Below are positions 28,101 through 39,570 of a stretch of DNA of 64,000 nt, piece after piece. The position numbers were made by a program, and so were the translations under genes. The notes below the pieces were generated by a model. That model ran no database searches, was not told the DNA's origin, and was given only the letters and a program-made list of their open reading frames with translations. Origin of the DNA: Balanoglossus misakiensis (lineage: Eukaryota; Animalia; Hemichordata); the NCBI GenBank assembly GCA_040954595.2, contig CM082594.2, forward strand, positions 11,536,276-11,600,275. The letters run 5' to 3'. The stretch's first letter is position 1. Each line of letters starts with the position of its first letter.

Positions 28101-31100
28101 TCTGGGGAGAGCGTCGGGCAGTAGAGGACTAAAATGTTGATTGGTTGATTCCAGGTTTTGATTTCTAAATACAGGCGTTTAAAAATAATTTACTAGCTAG
28201 AATCCGAGAGGTATAAATTTACACTGACACATTAAGATTGAAGGCACAGCTGGCGTTCCCTTCACAGTCGCCTAGTTCAGCTTCTCTGGTGTCATTCAAT
28301 GTAAGTTACTTTCATTCGTTATATTATAGTATGTGTGATCAGACAGTTGAATGCTTAATCGGAGACAAAGTACACGAAAATGTCATTGGAGACTACAAAA
28401 ATGGGAAGTGTTGCCTTAAAAAATGAGTTCTTCTCAGAGTGTTTACCAACTTGCAGACAAGCACGCTTTGGTTTTCATGATCAGCTCAGGGCGGGGGGCA
28501 AGCGACCAATAGTTTGAACCCGAACAGCTGTACCGCAGCCAGGGAGGCGAACCTGTCTGCAGTATAGAACTGAGCACGACCTCTGTATGCATGGCGGGGT
28601 GATGACATTACTCCGTTAGTGAGAATCACAGCCGCCCACGTCTGGAACGCTTCCTGAAAGCTCTCAACGAGTGTGCAGTAGGTTGCTTGCATCCTTCGAA
28701 ATTTCCAGGATCGTGATCAGATCACACTCCCTGCGGTTACAAGGGGGCGTTCAGCTTTTACAATCAGGGAGGGCTTGGGCCATAAAGAAATCCAGGGCCG
28801 GGGCTCAGGTTAAAAAAGTTAGATTCGTCAGACTTGCTTTGAATTTGTGACTATTTCTCGACAAATTTATCCCCAAAGGCAAGCGGTTAGTGCTACCGGA
28901 CAAAAAAAACCTACAGGAGATTATTGTCACACAGTATGCCAAAGTGTGTTTCGAGGCTGACGACGGTCAAGCCAAATTGTGCACAAATACAAGTCAATAC
29001 CACGAGGTGAGAACGATGCATTTACAATTACTGGGAACAATACATTTGTATAAAAAGCAGGGTTGCCAGTCGCTAAAATACATCTGCGTATCCAGGAATA
29101 ATCAGTTGCCTAGCAACAGGGGCCTCGGGCCAGAAATAAAAGTCTGCGACACTTTTGCTGGTCAATACATAGGTGGAGGGTCGTACCGACCAGATGTTTA
29201 ACACACACGTTAAAACAAATACAATTCTTCTGGTCGACCACAAAGTCGTGGAATTCGACACAGTACATAAAGGATTAGGTTCCTTAGCATTCTTGTTGCT
29301 ATGGTGTGTGGTAGACGAGCTTCTGAAATAGCCGCAGTTCACAGGAAACCGGAATATGGCATCGTACATACGGGAAGGTTGACTCAATTAACTCGGCTCA
29401 GATATCATTACTCATGAATGGTTTTTGTGGGTTCATGGTGCAAGCATGTTTTATTTTTAAATCTCAGCGAGACAAATAAACCTGCAAAAGGCCTCTCTGG
29501 CTTGTGCACAAACCAGTGCTTTCTATGAAACTGAATGTAATGCGCTGATATCATGCGATATAGATTAAATCAAACTAATGTAGTTGCGCTATTTTTATGA
29601 AAGTAAATATAACCACACATTCTTACGTGTCTACATTTGTGAATTATGGATCTCTAGTTATTTATTTAACCAAGGTGGTTGATTTTGAATGTTCCTTGGA
29701 ATGGAAGTACACCAAATCAAACGGCAGGGGAATGACAGACGCGCTGCAAACTGGGGGCTGTGAGAGAATCTGGACCTGTGATATTCGTGAGAACGTACTC
29801 AGTGCAATATGATTGCTAGAAATCACTGTACTTTAGGTGGTTTGGGTCATCTTCATGAACTACTTCCACGTTCACATCGTAGAAAAATAACCCATGAATT
29901 AGCGATTTCCCGACATGATTCATACCGAAAGTAAAATTATGACGTCAACATAGTTTTAAAACTGTCCAGCTCAGTAGCCTTGGTGTTCCTGGCGTAAGAA
30001 CTTATCCAAACAGTTGCAACACTGAGTCTACTGGTATTACTCTCCAAATGCTCAACTGCGAGTTGATGTTTACCATCACGCAGTCAGAACATCAAGCGCG
30101 TGATTAAATGAAAGGTTTGAGACTAGCTTCAGCAACGAAGTACAGCATGATTGTCTAATTAACCTATGCGCTTCATGTCTGCCATCATAAAGTCAGCTGT
30201 GCTGTGGCGACCCACAAAAGAGCCACAACGCACGAGGCAAATATTCTTCAAAAGAACAGTGGATATGAGAGCCATCTCTCATTATATATGGACGACGCGC
30301 GTGACCTTAATAGAGACCCACTTTGGGCTTTATATCAGACAACGACGCAACGCTCGCGCATTCATCATGCTTATATATCCTGGCGCACAATTCACTTTAT
30401 TGGCACGTGATCAGAGAATGGGTCGACAGCCAACACTTCGACGACAATCCCGAAATCCGACCAAGGCAAGATATGTACCACAGTAATGAACATAGAGAAA
30501 GCGATCGACTCACCTGATTGTGTGTACTAAAGACTACGATATATATAGTGAACGTACACCACCAAACCGTGACATTGACAATAGTAAGCTATACCACGCA
30601 AGCGCAAGGAAATCCTCTATTAGTGCATTAGAAAGCGGAACGTTGTTGACTACCATCTATAAATGCGTGTGCGAAAGGCGCATGTGCATTAGGAAAGCCC
30701 ATATAAGGCAGTGCTGCGCGCGCTCTCGTGTCTATGGGCAGATGGCATCGAATAGTATCTGATTTGATTACATATTCTTTTCTCAATTGAATTGTCATCG
30801 GTCTCCGAAAATCAATTAGTTGAGTCTGTGATATTATCGCAATAACTCAAACTCTTCTGTGTGCTTTGAGGGCCGGTAAACTAACACATGAATGAGAATA
30901 ATCAATTTTATCATTCTCATCGTCATGCTTTCGTTGTGGGGCCTTAATTGGGGAGCTTATTTCCATCTAATTTTAGCCCCTTCTGGCACAGCATGTAGAG
31001 CATTGATCGGGTGGAACGGAAGGAAGTACTCGACAAATATAGTGTACCTTCGACAGCATGGTTGCCATGACAATGGCCTTTTCTGGATATTTTGAAATGT

Positions 31101-33992
31101 TCCACCGGGAGGGTGACCTCTTCCGTGATCGACTGAGCCCCAATTCCTTCGGCCCACCCTTTACTGAAAGCCCCCATCAGTCTTAGCTGCTCGGGGCCCG
31201 TTCGGGGGACTGGAGTTTCAAATGACCCAACGCATCTACTTCCGGTTTAATATTTCGCTCGACCATATGACATGTGACGGACTTCAGCAGAGATGACGAG
31301 TATCGACCAACATCTTTTCGTCGTTGATGCTCAAGTCTCTCTTCACAGACGGCGTGATTGCTTCAGTTGAAAAGTTCAGCGTCCCTAACCAGCGCCTCAG
31401 CTTTATATATGTGTTCGTGTACGTACATTAACATGATGCAACAATCCTCAATCTTGTACAGGATAATAGGTAAAGTAAAACCCTCAGACAAGCGTGATAT
31501 GTTACCACCAGTTTTCACCCCTAATGGTTAGGAATAGGATATGTTGTTTGTGAGCTGGAAGGGGCATAGGTTGCATCTCTTGTGTTGGTATATCACTTAA
31601 CGTGCCATGCAACAAAGTTTTTGTGACTTTAGACGGACTAACATATTCATGTATTTCCTTGAGGATCATCTCAGTACGTGTTGTAGATTCTTAGTGTGTC
31701 TCTGATGTTTATGTATTGAAGGAGGGAGTATTTGTTTTGACATTTTGAGCTAACTCTACCATGTTTTACATCGATAATAGATGAAGACATGGCCATTGGT
31801 TGATTTTATCATTATATCACAAGAATTTGTGTCAATTTTGTGCATGATCTGCAACTTTAACTACGCCAATGCCTGCATTTGTTTGTTTGTTAACTTGCTT
31901 GCTTGTTTGTTGCTCCTTCCCTCATTTTTTTTCGTGTTTTTTCACTCATTAAAATCGATCGATGCTTGTAAATTTGATTTTCTCTTGTAGTTGTCTCCAG
32001 TTGAAACAATCTTCAGTGGAATATTACTGTACTGTTAGTTTGAATAAAATGTTCTTTTCGACCTTTTCCAAACTGTTACAATACTGCAAAATCTTTGTCC
32101 AATAAAAGAAAGGGTCATTTCATCTAAACGTGTATCAGCATTGGTTAATCAATACACTGTTCTATACAAGGAATATCATAATCCAAGTCGAGGAAAGTAA
32201 ACAATAGCTTTCGGCTAACGTCGAAAGAGGCCTGTTTCTCTTTCTGAAAAAAAGCATGACCAACAGTCGCCGATGAAAAGAGTTGCACCACTAAAACAAA
32301 TTAAAATTTCATCAAAATATGCAAACCCTTGACCGGGACCCAAGAGGGCAGTCAGTGTCCCCGTTTCAAGATTAAACTCGTTGATGCCGGTGTCGATGAG
32401 GTAAGAAATGTAATCACGAGCCTCATCCCCTGCAGACATAAAAGGGCTTGGCCATTGTGTCGTGGGCGGTGGGGCGGTATATATGACTCTAATCCAATTT
32501 TGTGGCTCCGTGGACTTTACATGACACAGTAAAAATATAACCGACAAAGTACATATGCCACATCATGTAGATGTGCGGTCAAATGATCACAGCACCCCAT
32601 GTGTGGTTAAAGTTTCCCAGCGTCGTTGTCGCTATTTCAACTGATTACTGAAGCTGAGCTAACTGCATCAAAGTTGAACACATTTTTTGCTAGGCAGCCA
32701 TTTGCGTTTAGCATGTAGCTTTTGCACACGGTGTCCACATGACTCGAGCCCCAGCTTTGATTGCATCTTGACGCGGAGGCTGAGAAATATTTTGCCATGC
32801 ATGCAACGAAACCAAACCCGGTCAACACCCACGCCGAAGAAACTGACAGACGAGTCCCTCGATTTTTCTTACCAATATTAAAGCAACCGTCTTTAGCGCC
32901 TACAACAGGAAATTCATAGTTTTTTTCTAAGTACCCGAGGAATCCTAATGAACGACTCGTCTCCACACACAGTATGAGATGTCACCTAGTACCTATAGTT
33001 GGCGTCGACAATTTCCTTGGCCAACTTTGACCCAAACCGTGACAGATCACTCAACTCGAAGTGGTCCCCTACGTCGTCTCTTAGAACAAGCGTGATCAAC
33101 ACACGCTGACCAAGAAGGTAAGGATCTGTCAGCCACTTCGGACTGTTCCTGAATATAATGTAAACTGTTCACCGACAATCTATCTGGATGCCTTTTTTCT
33201 GGAAATTCTACACACACGACACGTTCACCAGAGAGGAACCCGGCATGAGACATTCAGCGAGATTCTCTGATTTGTGTTGTGTTTTGGGAATACTATGATA
33301 AGATGCCATGAGCTGCAGCGATGAATTCCTTGTTATTTTTTATCCATGAGAAGAGCGTTTCAAGCCACTGAATCTGTCGTATTAATAACTGAGGACAAGC
33401 ATGTGTTAAAGTTTTCTGGCAATGTACAAAGACATTCAAAAACACGGCTGCTCCCAGGATATCAAATGGCCCCGCCCTCGGCACTGGACACTTTCGAATG
33501 GGTGTCCATGACAAGATGAAAGGGCGCTATCCTGTGACTGAAAGTCTAACCAATGAATGCATTTATTAAAAATCAAAAGAACGCAGAAGTGGCCCCGCAG
33601 CAACAATCTCAAACGAAAAACGATTTGATAGATTGCCGTGATTTAAACTCATATCAAGCAATACCAGTACATGTATTATTTAATTAACGTGACGAGCCTC
33701 GCGACTGTGAAGTGAATAACGGTGGACATGGGTGGTAATGCATCTGAACGTAGAGATTTTGCCACTAAGGGGAGGGGTCTCTTGATTATAGAAGTGCGTT
33801 ATTGCAAAAGCCTTGTGCTAGGATCAGGATGTGCTAAATTAGCTGCTTTCTGTAATAGAGGTGGGAAGTCCGACTCAAAAGAAACAAACTAACAAACGAG
33901 AAATAAACGTGAACTGTAATCATGCCAATAATATCTATTCAATGTTGTCCACAGGTTCTGACGTTCAGGAGACATATCCCGGCGATCATACA

Positions 33993-35204
33993 ATGATAGC
34001 TATAAAAAGAATCGTTGCCTCTGCATTTGGATTTCTGTTCATACTTAATGCAGTCACATTCGGTGGATTGAATTACTGGAACTGGTCAAAGACTCAAGTC
34101 CTCGTTAATCCGGTCTCTGAGCAATACACGTATGAAAGCGCCACCAACTCCACAACTATCCGAACGATGGAACAACCTAACCGAACAAGAAGCACAAGTT
34201 CTTTTGTAGTGGGTCGATATGACAACAGTACAATACGAACACCCGTTTCAGTAAAAACCCCAGAGAATGTCTCTATCGCTACCGAACATATCAATGTCAC
34301 TTCTTCTAGCAATACTTCGACGCAACCGCCGCAAACTGCAAACTATCTTTCACGTAAAAGCGTACTTTTAGACAACTTTTCATACGTTTTGAGTCCTGCT
34401 AGCGTCTGCAAGGGCGACGTGTTCCTCGTCACCTTAGTAACAACAACGCACAGCCATTTTCACCAAAGAAGCGTCATTCGTGATACGTGGAAATCAGTGA
34501 ATACTGTTGACGGCATGGCGGTTGAAACATATTTTTTACTCGGAAAAGGCGAACGTGAAGAGGAATGGCGCACACTTGTTGAATATCGCAAGTTTCAAGA
34601 CATGGTTTCCTTTGATTTTGAGGACCATTATTTGAACTTGACACTGAAGACGCTGATGGGACTGAAATGGGCGAGGGAATACTGCCCTCAAGCGGCGTAT
34701 ATATTGAAAACAGACGATGACGTTTTTGTCAATCACCTTTCACTCGTTCGCAATTTGATGCAGAGTCCAACGACTGGTTTCGCTTCCGGCTACGTCTTCC
34801 GTAATGCTACGGTTAATAGAAATAAAAAACAAAAATGGTACACACCAGAAGAGGCATACGCCTCTCCAAACTACCCAGACTACATGACGGGAACAGGGTA
34901 CGTTATTTCAAAGGACGTCGCGGATGGCGTCCTGGAAGTGGCTCCCAGCATGCCTTTCCTTCCCTGGGAGGACGTGTACACGGGTATTTGCATGCAGAAG
35001 TTGGGTGTAGAAATAACACATAATCATCGATTTGACCATTTCAACTTTTACAATCAAAAGAAAACAAAAGAAAACGCATGCCCCGTCCATAACATATTCA
35101 CCATTCACAGTCTTAGTGTTAAAATGCTCAAGAAAACTTGGGGACGTTATTTGGCCGAGAAGAAACAAACCGCCTGCAGAGCTCAATATCCCAGTGGAGA
35201 ATAA
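33993..35204 (+). CDS. GT31 beta-1,3-galactosyltransferase-like protein, paralogue 5 (403 aa from MIAIKR; long Ser/Thr/Asn stem)
   Basis: TM anchor after ATG 33993; RSVIRDTW, DHYLNLTLKT, KTDDDVF, QKWY, YPDYMTGTGY, WEDVYTG; acceptor ttgtccacag ending 33954. Confidence 0.92.
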   Translation: MIAIKRIVASAFGFLFILNAVTFGGLNYWNWSKTQVLVNPVSEQYTYESATNSTTIRTMEQPNRTRSTSSFVVGRYDNSTIRTPVSVKTPENVSIATEHINVTSSSNTSTQPPQTANYLSRKSVLLDNFSYVLSPASVCKGDVFLVTLVTTTHSHFHQRSVIRDTWKSVNTVDGMAVETYFLLGKGEREEEWRTLVEYRKFQDMVSFDFEDHYLNLTLKTLMGLKWAREYCPQAAYILKTDDDVFVNHLSLVRNLMQSPTTGFASGYVFRNATVNRNKKQKWYTPEEAYASPNYPDYMTGTGYVISKDVADGVLEVAPSMPFLPWEDVYTGICMQKLGVEITHNHRFDHFNFYNQKKTKENACPVHNIFTIHSLSVKMLKKTWGRYLAEKKQTACRAQYPSGE

Positions 35205-36241
35205 AACAAAAGAGGTTGAAAAAACAAAAACGTAGTCTGTTGGTCAGTCACAGACTGTGTCCACTGCTTCAGATGGCTGGGACGTGTTATATTTTATCAA
35301 CACGTGTTTCTGTTATCTTAAAGCCATACTTTTTTTTCCTCTTGGGTGATAACAATATCATTATTTGCTTTACATCGGAGACACAGGGACTCTTACAACC
35401 ATGATACTTGCTACAGCTTTTTGACAACAAATATATATCACATACCGCAAAACTTATGTCACTTGAAAGTGCAATTAAAGACTATTTTATCATCAACGAT
35501 GCTCTGCCTGGTCAGCTTCCATTTGCTATACACATGATACATGGCTGGGAAAGTTTTCTGTCTGCGAATGACAGGTGTGTTTGTCAGTGACAGGTATTTG
35601 GATAATTATATGAGATTGAAACGACCAGGTCATAAGGTCATAGGAGGAAACATTTCAAAACAACACGGGGGCAATATGGAAGCCTTTTTGTCCAAGAGTG
35701 CCATTGTGCCGCAGTCAACTCTAACCTGGCTACCGGTCACGTGGTTGGACCCACGTCTCACCCAGCTGTCCGGCGGTAGACGGCTGGCCCCGGCGGCACA
35801 AACGGACGTCTTCCTATTGGAAGTCTTCCAGTGAGTATACGTCAACTACGGTCTGATGGCGTGCAAGTGAAGGTAGGACAAAACCTGGTACACACGTGAC
35901 GTTTCTGACTGCTTCACACAGTAAGACAAAATGCACATGCCCTTCCAGGAGATACTAAGTGACCCACACTCGCATACATGTACATGTATCCCAATGGTTG
36001 AATATCACCCAAATCACCACCTAGCAACCTTGGTGCTCGGTGGAAACGCCACAATGTGCAAACAAACAAGATTCCGTATTTGGGTCGGGGACAGGGTCGG
36101 GCAGATACTAATATTTCAAGGAGGGAATAGTACGATTCAGGTCACTGTCTGTGTGATTGCAGTTACCATAAAAAGACCGTGCCTTGTGTTTACGATTTGC
36201 AGGTCCTACCGCCCGCCCGAGTTGATCATGAACATCACACA

Positions 36242-37381
36242 ATGTCTACCCTACGAAGAAAAGTCATCTATGTATTTGGATTTCTCTCTCTACTTAACCT
36301 AGTCACATGTGTTGGACTGTATTACCAGAAATGGTCAAAGACTCAAGTAGTTCATCAACGGAATGGTTCCGAAAATGTTACTGCTCTACCTGTGGATCTG
36401 CCCGCCGGAAACGGATGTAATTTGATTAAAATTGTGAACAAAACCGTTCAGATCGTCTCAAACAAACGGTATACGAGCAACCCGTCTGGTAGCAACAAGT
36501 CGGCGCGACTGGGGAAATTTTCGACTTACAATCCGATTAAAACTGCGAACATAGAGCAGTTTTCGTATGTTCTGAATCCTGTTAATGCGTGTGAGGGAAA
36601 TGTGTTTCTTGTCACCATGGTAATGACTAAGCACAGTCATTTAGAACAGAGATGCATGATTCGCAACACCTGGAAATTAGTCAGTTCTGTTGACGACATC
36701 AAAGTAGTGACATTATTTTTACTGGGAAAGGGGGAACGTTCAGAGGAGTTTAACACACTTGTAGAATATCGCAAGTTCCGCGACATGGTTTCATTCGATT
36801 TTGCGGAACACTATTTAAACTTGACCTTAAAAACACTCATGGGACTGAAATGGGCAAGGGAGCACTGCCCTCACGCGGCGTATATATTGAAAACAGACGA
36901 TGATGTATTCGTGAACCACCTCTCTCTCGTCCGAAAACTGATGCAGCGTCCGAGGACTGGCTTCGCAACTGGCTATCTCCTGCGCAACGCTGACGTAGAC
37001 AGAAACAGGAAATCGAAATGGTACACACCGGAAGCTGTCTATAGCCTCTCCAAATACCCAGATTACCTTACTGGCACAGGGTACGTCATTTCAAAAGACG
37101 TCGCTGATGGTATTTTAAGGGTGTCTATGAAAGTACCTTATCTCAACTGGGAAGATGTCTATGTGGGTATTTGCATGGGGAAGTTAGGCGTGACATTAAT
37201 ACACGATCCCCGATTCGACCATTACGACTCTGTCAACAAAGAAGAAGCCGAGAAAAACAAATGCAGCCTCCATTACATATTCACCATTCACAGCCTCGAT
37301 GTCAAGTTGCTCAATAAAACATGGCGACATTATTTGGCGGAGAAGAAACTCGCCGGCTGCCATACCGTTTATCCAAAGTGA
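36242..37381 (+). CDS. GT31 beta-1,3-galactosyltransferase-like protein, paralogue 6 (379 aa from MSTLRR)
   Basis: TM anchor; RCMIRNTW, EHYLNLTLKT, KTDDDVF, SKWY, YPDYLTGTGY, WEDVYVG; acceptor gatttgcag ending 36202, candidate donor GTGAGT at 35831. Confidence 0.92.
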   Translation: MSTLRRKVIYVFGFLSLLNLVTCVGLYYQKWSKTQVVHQRNGSENVTALPVDLPAGNGCNLIKIVNKTVQIVSNKRYTSNPSGSNKSARLGKFSTYNPIKTANIEQFSYVLNPVNACEGNVFLVTMVMTKHSHLEQRCMIRNTWKLVSSVDDIKVVTLFLLGKGERSEEFNTLVEYRKFRDMVSFDFAEHYLNLTLKTLMGLKWAREHCPHAAYILKTDDDVFVNHLSLVRKLMQRPRTGFATGYLLRNADVDRNRKSKWYTPEAVYSLSKYPDYLTGTGYVISKDVADGILRVSMKVPYLNWEDVYVGICMGKLGVTLIHDPRFDHYDSVNKEEAEKNKCSLHYIFTIHSLDVKLLNKTWRHYLAEKKLAGCHTVYPK

Positions 37382-38286
37382 GGCAAGTGCCGTAAAACGG
37401 CAACATCATTGCCATATATGGAATTGCCGCATTGCCTGTTTCTCTCATACAGACCGCATCCAGGACAAGGCGGACGGAGTTTTCATGTGTCGACATTATA
37501 ACGCGCCTGAGCAAATAACATGACGACAGTATTTCAAGGGACAAACCACTCACCTTGACATTATCAACAATATGATTTTTTTTATAAAATACTTGATATT
37601 TTTTGTACACTGTGTGTACGTGTTCTTACTGACTTCATCGTGCTGCGTATGTTACCAACGTTTCATCACCTTCCTTAAGAAGGTATGTTCTGATTTCACT
37701 TCAGTTGCGGACAAACTTCAGTTGTCGTTTTAGACATGTGGGAAACGCAAAATAAAAACTTTACTATTACTATAAAATTACACGTGTTTCACTTGAGCTG
37801 TTGACATTATCCCATAGGGTGTAGGACAGATATTGCAAACTTATTTTTAATTTATTTGTTTACATGTACATTCTTTGAATATATTTTATTTACAAATCTC
37901 ATAAATTAATCACAACATTAAAATAAATTAAGAAAGGTCTCACACATGACCACTAACAGTAAAACCATTACAAACTCTGTCAATTCTCGCACCAACCTCT
38001 TAGTCGTTATTAGTCATACACATTCCAAAGGTTATAAAAGAATGTTTGCTCTCTTACATTTACAGTGTAAATGAGAAATCATTTGAAATCACCTGAATTG
38101 TGTCTAGAATATGTAAATGACTCATGATATTCAATGACTTTATAATAAAATGCCAAAGTTGACTTGGTTATTTGAACTATAGGCCTATAAGGCCTAGCAT
38201 TCTTATCTCAGCGAATTATGGACACCGCTTTGGTTAATCTCTAGCTTCTGCTGATCTTCAGATTTAAACTTTGAGGTGTTACATCT

Positions 38287-39570
38287 TTAACCCTTGAAGT
38301 TCAGATATACAGCTCTACAAATAGCTATTTTCTCCTCGCCCAAATATCGTTTCCACCTTCTACCCATTAAATGTACGTTCAAGCTGTGAATTGTGAAGAT
38401 GTAATGAACGGGACATCGAACTTTATGAGTCTTCAGTCTGTTGACAATATTGAAGTGGTCGAATCGACGATCGTGGATTAATCTTATTCCCAACTTCTTC
38501 ATGCAGATACCCACGTAAACGTCTTCCCAGTTGAGGTAAGGCACTCTCGGGGCGATCTTGAGAATACCGTCAGCGACGTCGTTTGAAATGACGTACCCTG
38601 TCCCCTGCAAGTAGTCCGGGTAGAAAGATCTGTTGTACACGTCTGTAGGCGTGTACCATTTGCTGTTGATATTCCTGGTCACAGAAGAATTCGCCAGGAA
38701 ATGGCCCATAGCCAGACCAGTCAACGGCATCTTGGTCAACTCACGAACGAGTGAAAGGTGATTGACAAAAACGTCATCGTCTGTTTTCAATATATACGCC
38801 GCTTGAGGGCAGTACTCTCTCACCCACTTCAGTCCCATCAGCGTCTTCAGTGTCAAGTTCAAATAATGTTCTTCAAAGTCAAACGATACCATGTCGTGAA
38901 ACCTGCGATATTCAACAAGAGTATTCCATTCTTCTGAAGTGTTGCCCTTTCCGAGTAAAAACAACGTCACGACTTTCTTGCCAGCAATAGACGTGACAGA
39001 TTTCCACGTATCACGTATGGTACGTCTTTCGTCATAATGGCTGTGCTTAGTTGTTACTATGGTGACCAGGAACACGTTATCCTTGCAGACATCATCAGGA
39101 CTCAAAACATATGAAAACTGGCTCGGACTCGTATTTTTAATCGGATTGTAGTTAAGAAAAATTGGCTTTTTTGTCTCGTTGGCATTTTTGTTTTCGTTGA
39201 TCTTCACAAAATATTTTGCGTCTGCGCGTTCTTCTCGTTTCACTAATACGGCAGTGGTGGAGTTCGTCTCATACCTATCCTGGAGTGTTGCGTCCAGGAA
39301 TACTTTTCCTTTACTTGTATTATTTTGGTCAACAATGACGTCACGTATAAATGCATTCCCATTGAAAAAATTCACCAGTGAAGGTGCAGTTATATTAAAA
39401 TTACTTCCATGCGTTGAGTTGGCAATTGTCAAGTTATCTCGGCTACTGAAATTAACGGCAACCACGTGGGACTTTGAGAGGTTCCAGTAATTTAGCCCGA
39501 TAAACGCAACTATGTTTAGCAAATATAAGAATCCAAATATATACGCAACTGTCCTTCGTATGTTGGCCAT
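38287..39570 (-). CDS. GT31 beta-1,3-galactosyltransferase-like protein, paralogue 7 (427 aa from MANIRR; sequon-rich stem)
   Basis: TM anchor; RRTIRDTW, EHYLNLTLKT, KTDDDVF, SKWY, YPDYLQGTGY, WEDVYVG; T-rich acceptor ending cag (exon starts 39603). Confidence 0.92.
   Translation of the reverse strand: MANIRRTVAYIFGFLYLLNIVAFIGLNYWNLSKSHVVAVNFSSRDNLTIANSTHGSNFNITAPSLVNFFNGNAFIRDVIVDQNNTSKGKVFLDATLQDRYETNSTTAVLVKREERADAKYFVKINENKNANETKKPIFLNYNPIKNTSPSQFSYVLSPDDVCKDNVFLVTIVTTKHSHYDERRTIRDTWKSVTSIAGKKVVTLFLLGKGNTSEEWNTLVEYRRFHDMVSFDFEEHYLNLTLKTLMGLKWVREYCPQAAYILKTDDDVFVNHLSLVRELTKMPLTGLAMGHFLANSSVTRNINSKWYTPTDVYNRSFYPDYLQGTGYVISNDVADGILKIAPRVPYLNWEDVYVGICMKKLGIRLIHDRRFDHFNIVNRLKTHKVRCPVHYIFTIHSLNVHLMGRRWKRYLGEEKIAICRAVYLNFKG

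Noticed and set aside
17000-33800. Search for additional decayed GT31 copies in the long gaps around paralogue 4
   Set aside because: No remnants of NLTLKT, KTDDD, KWY or EDV motifs were seen by eye; a tBLASTn would be needed to exclude very old fragments.
33861-33992. N-terminal extensions given by the ORF track for paralogue 5 (likewise 4, 6, 7 and 11)
   Set aside because: They start at GTG/TTG or run back through a splice acceptor into intron; the downstream ATG sits just before the signal anchor.
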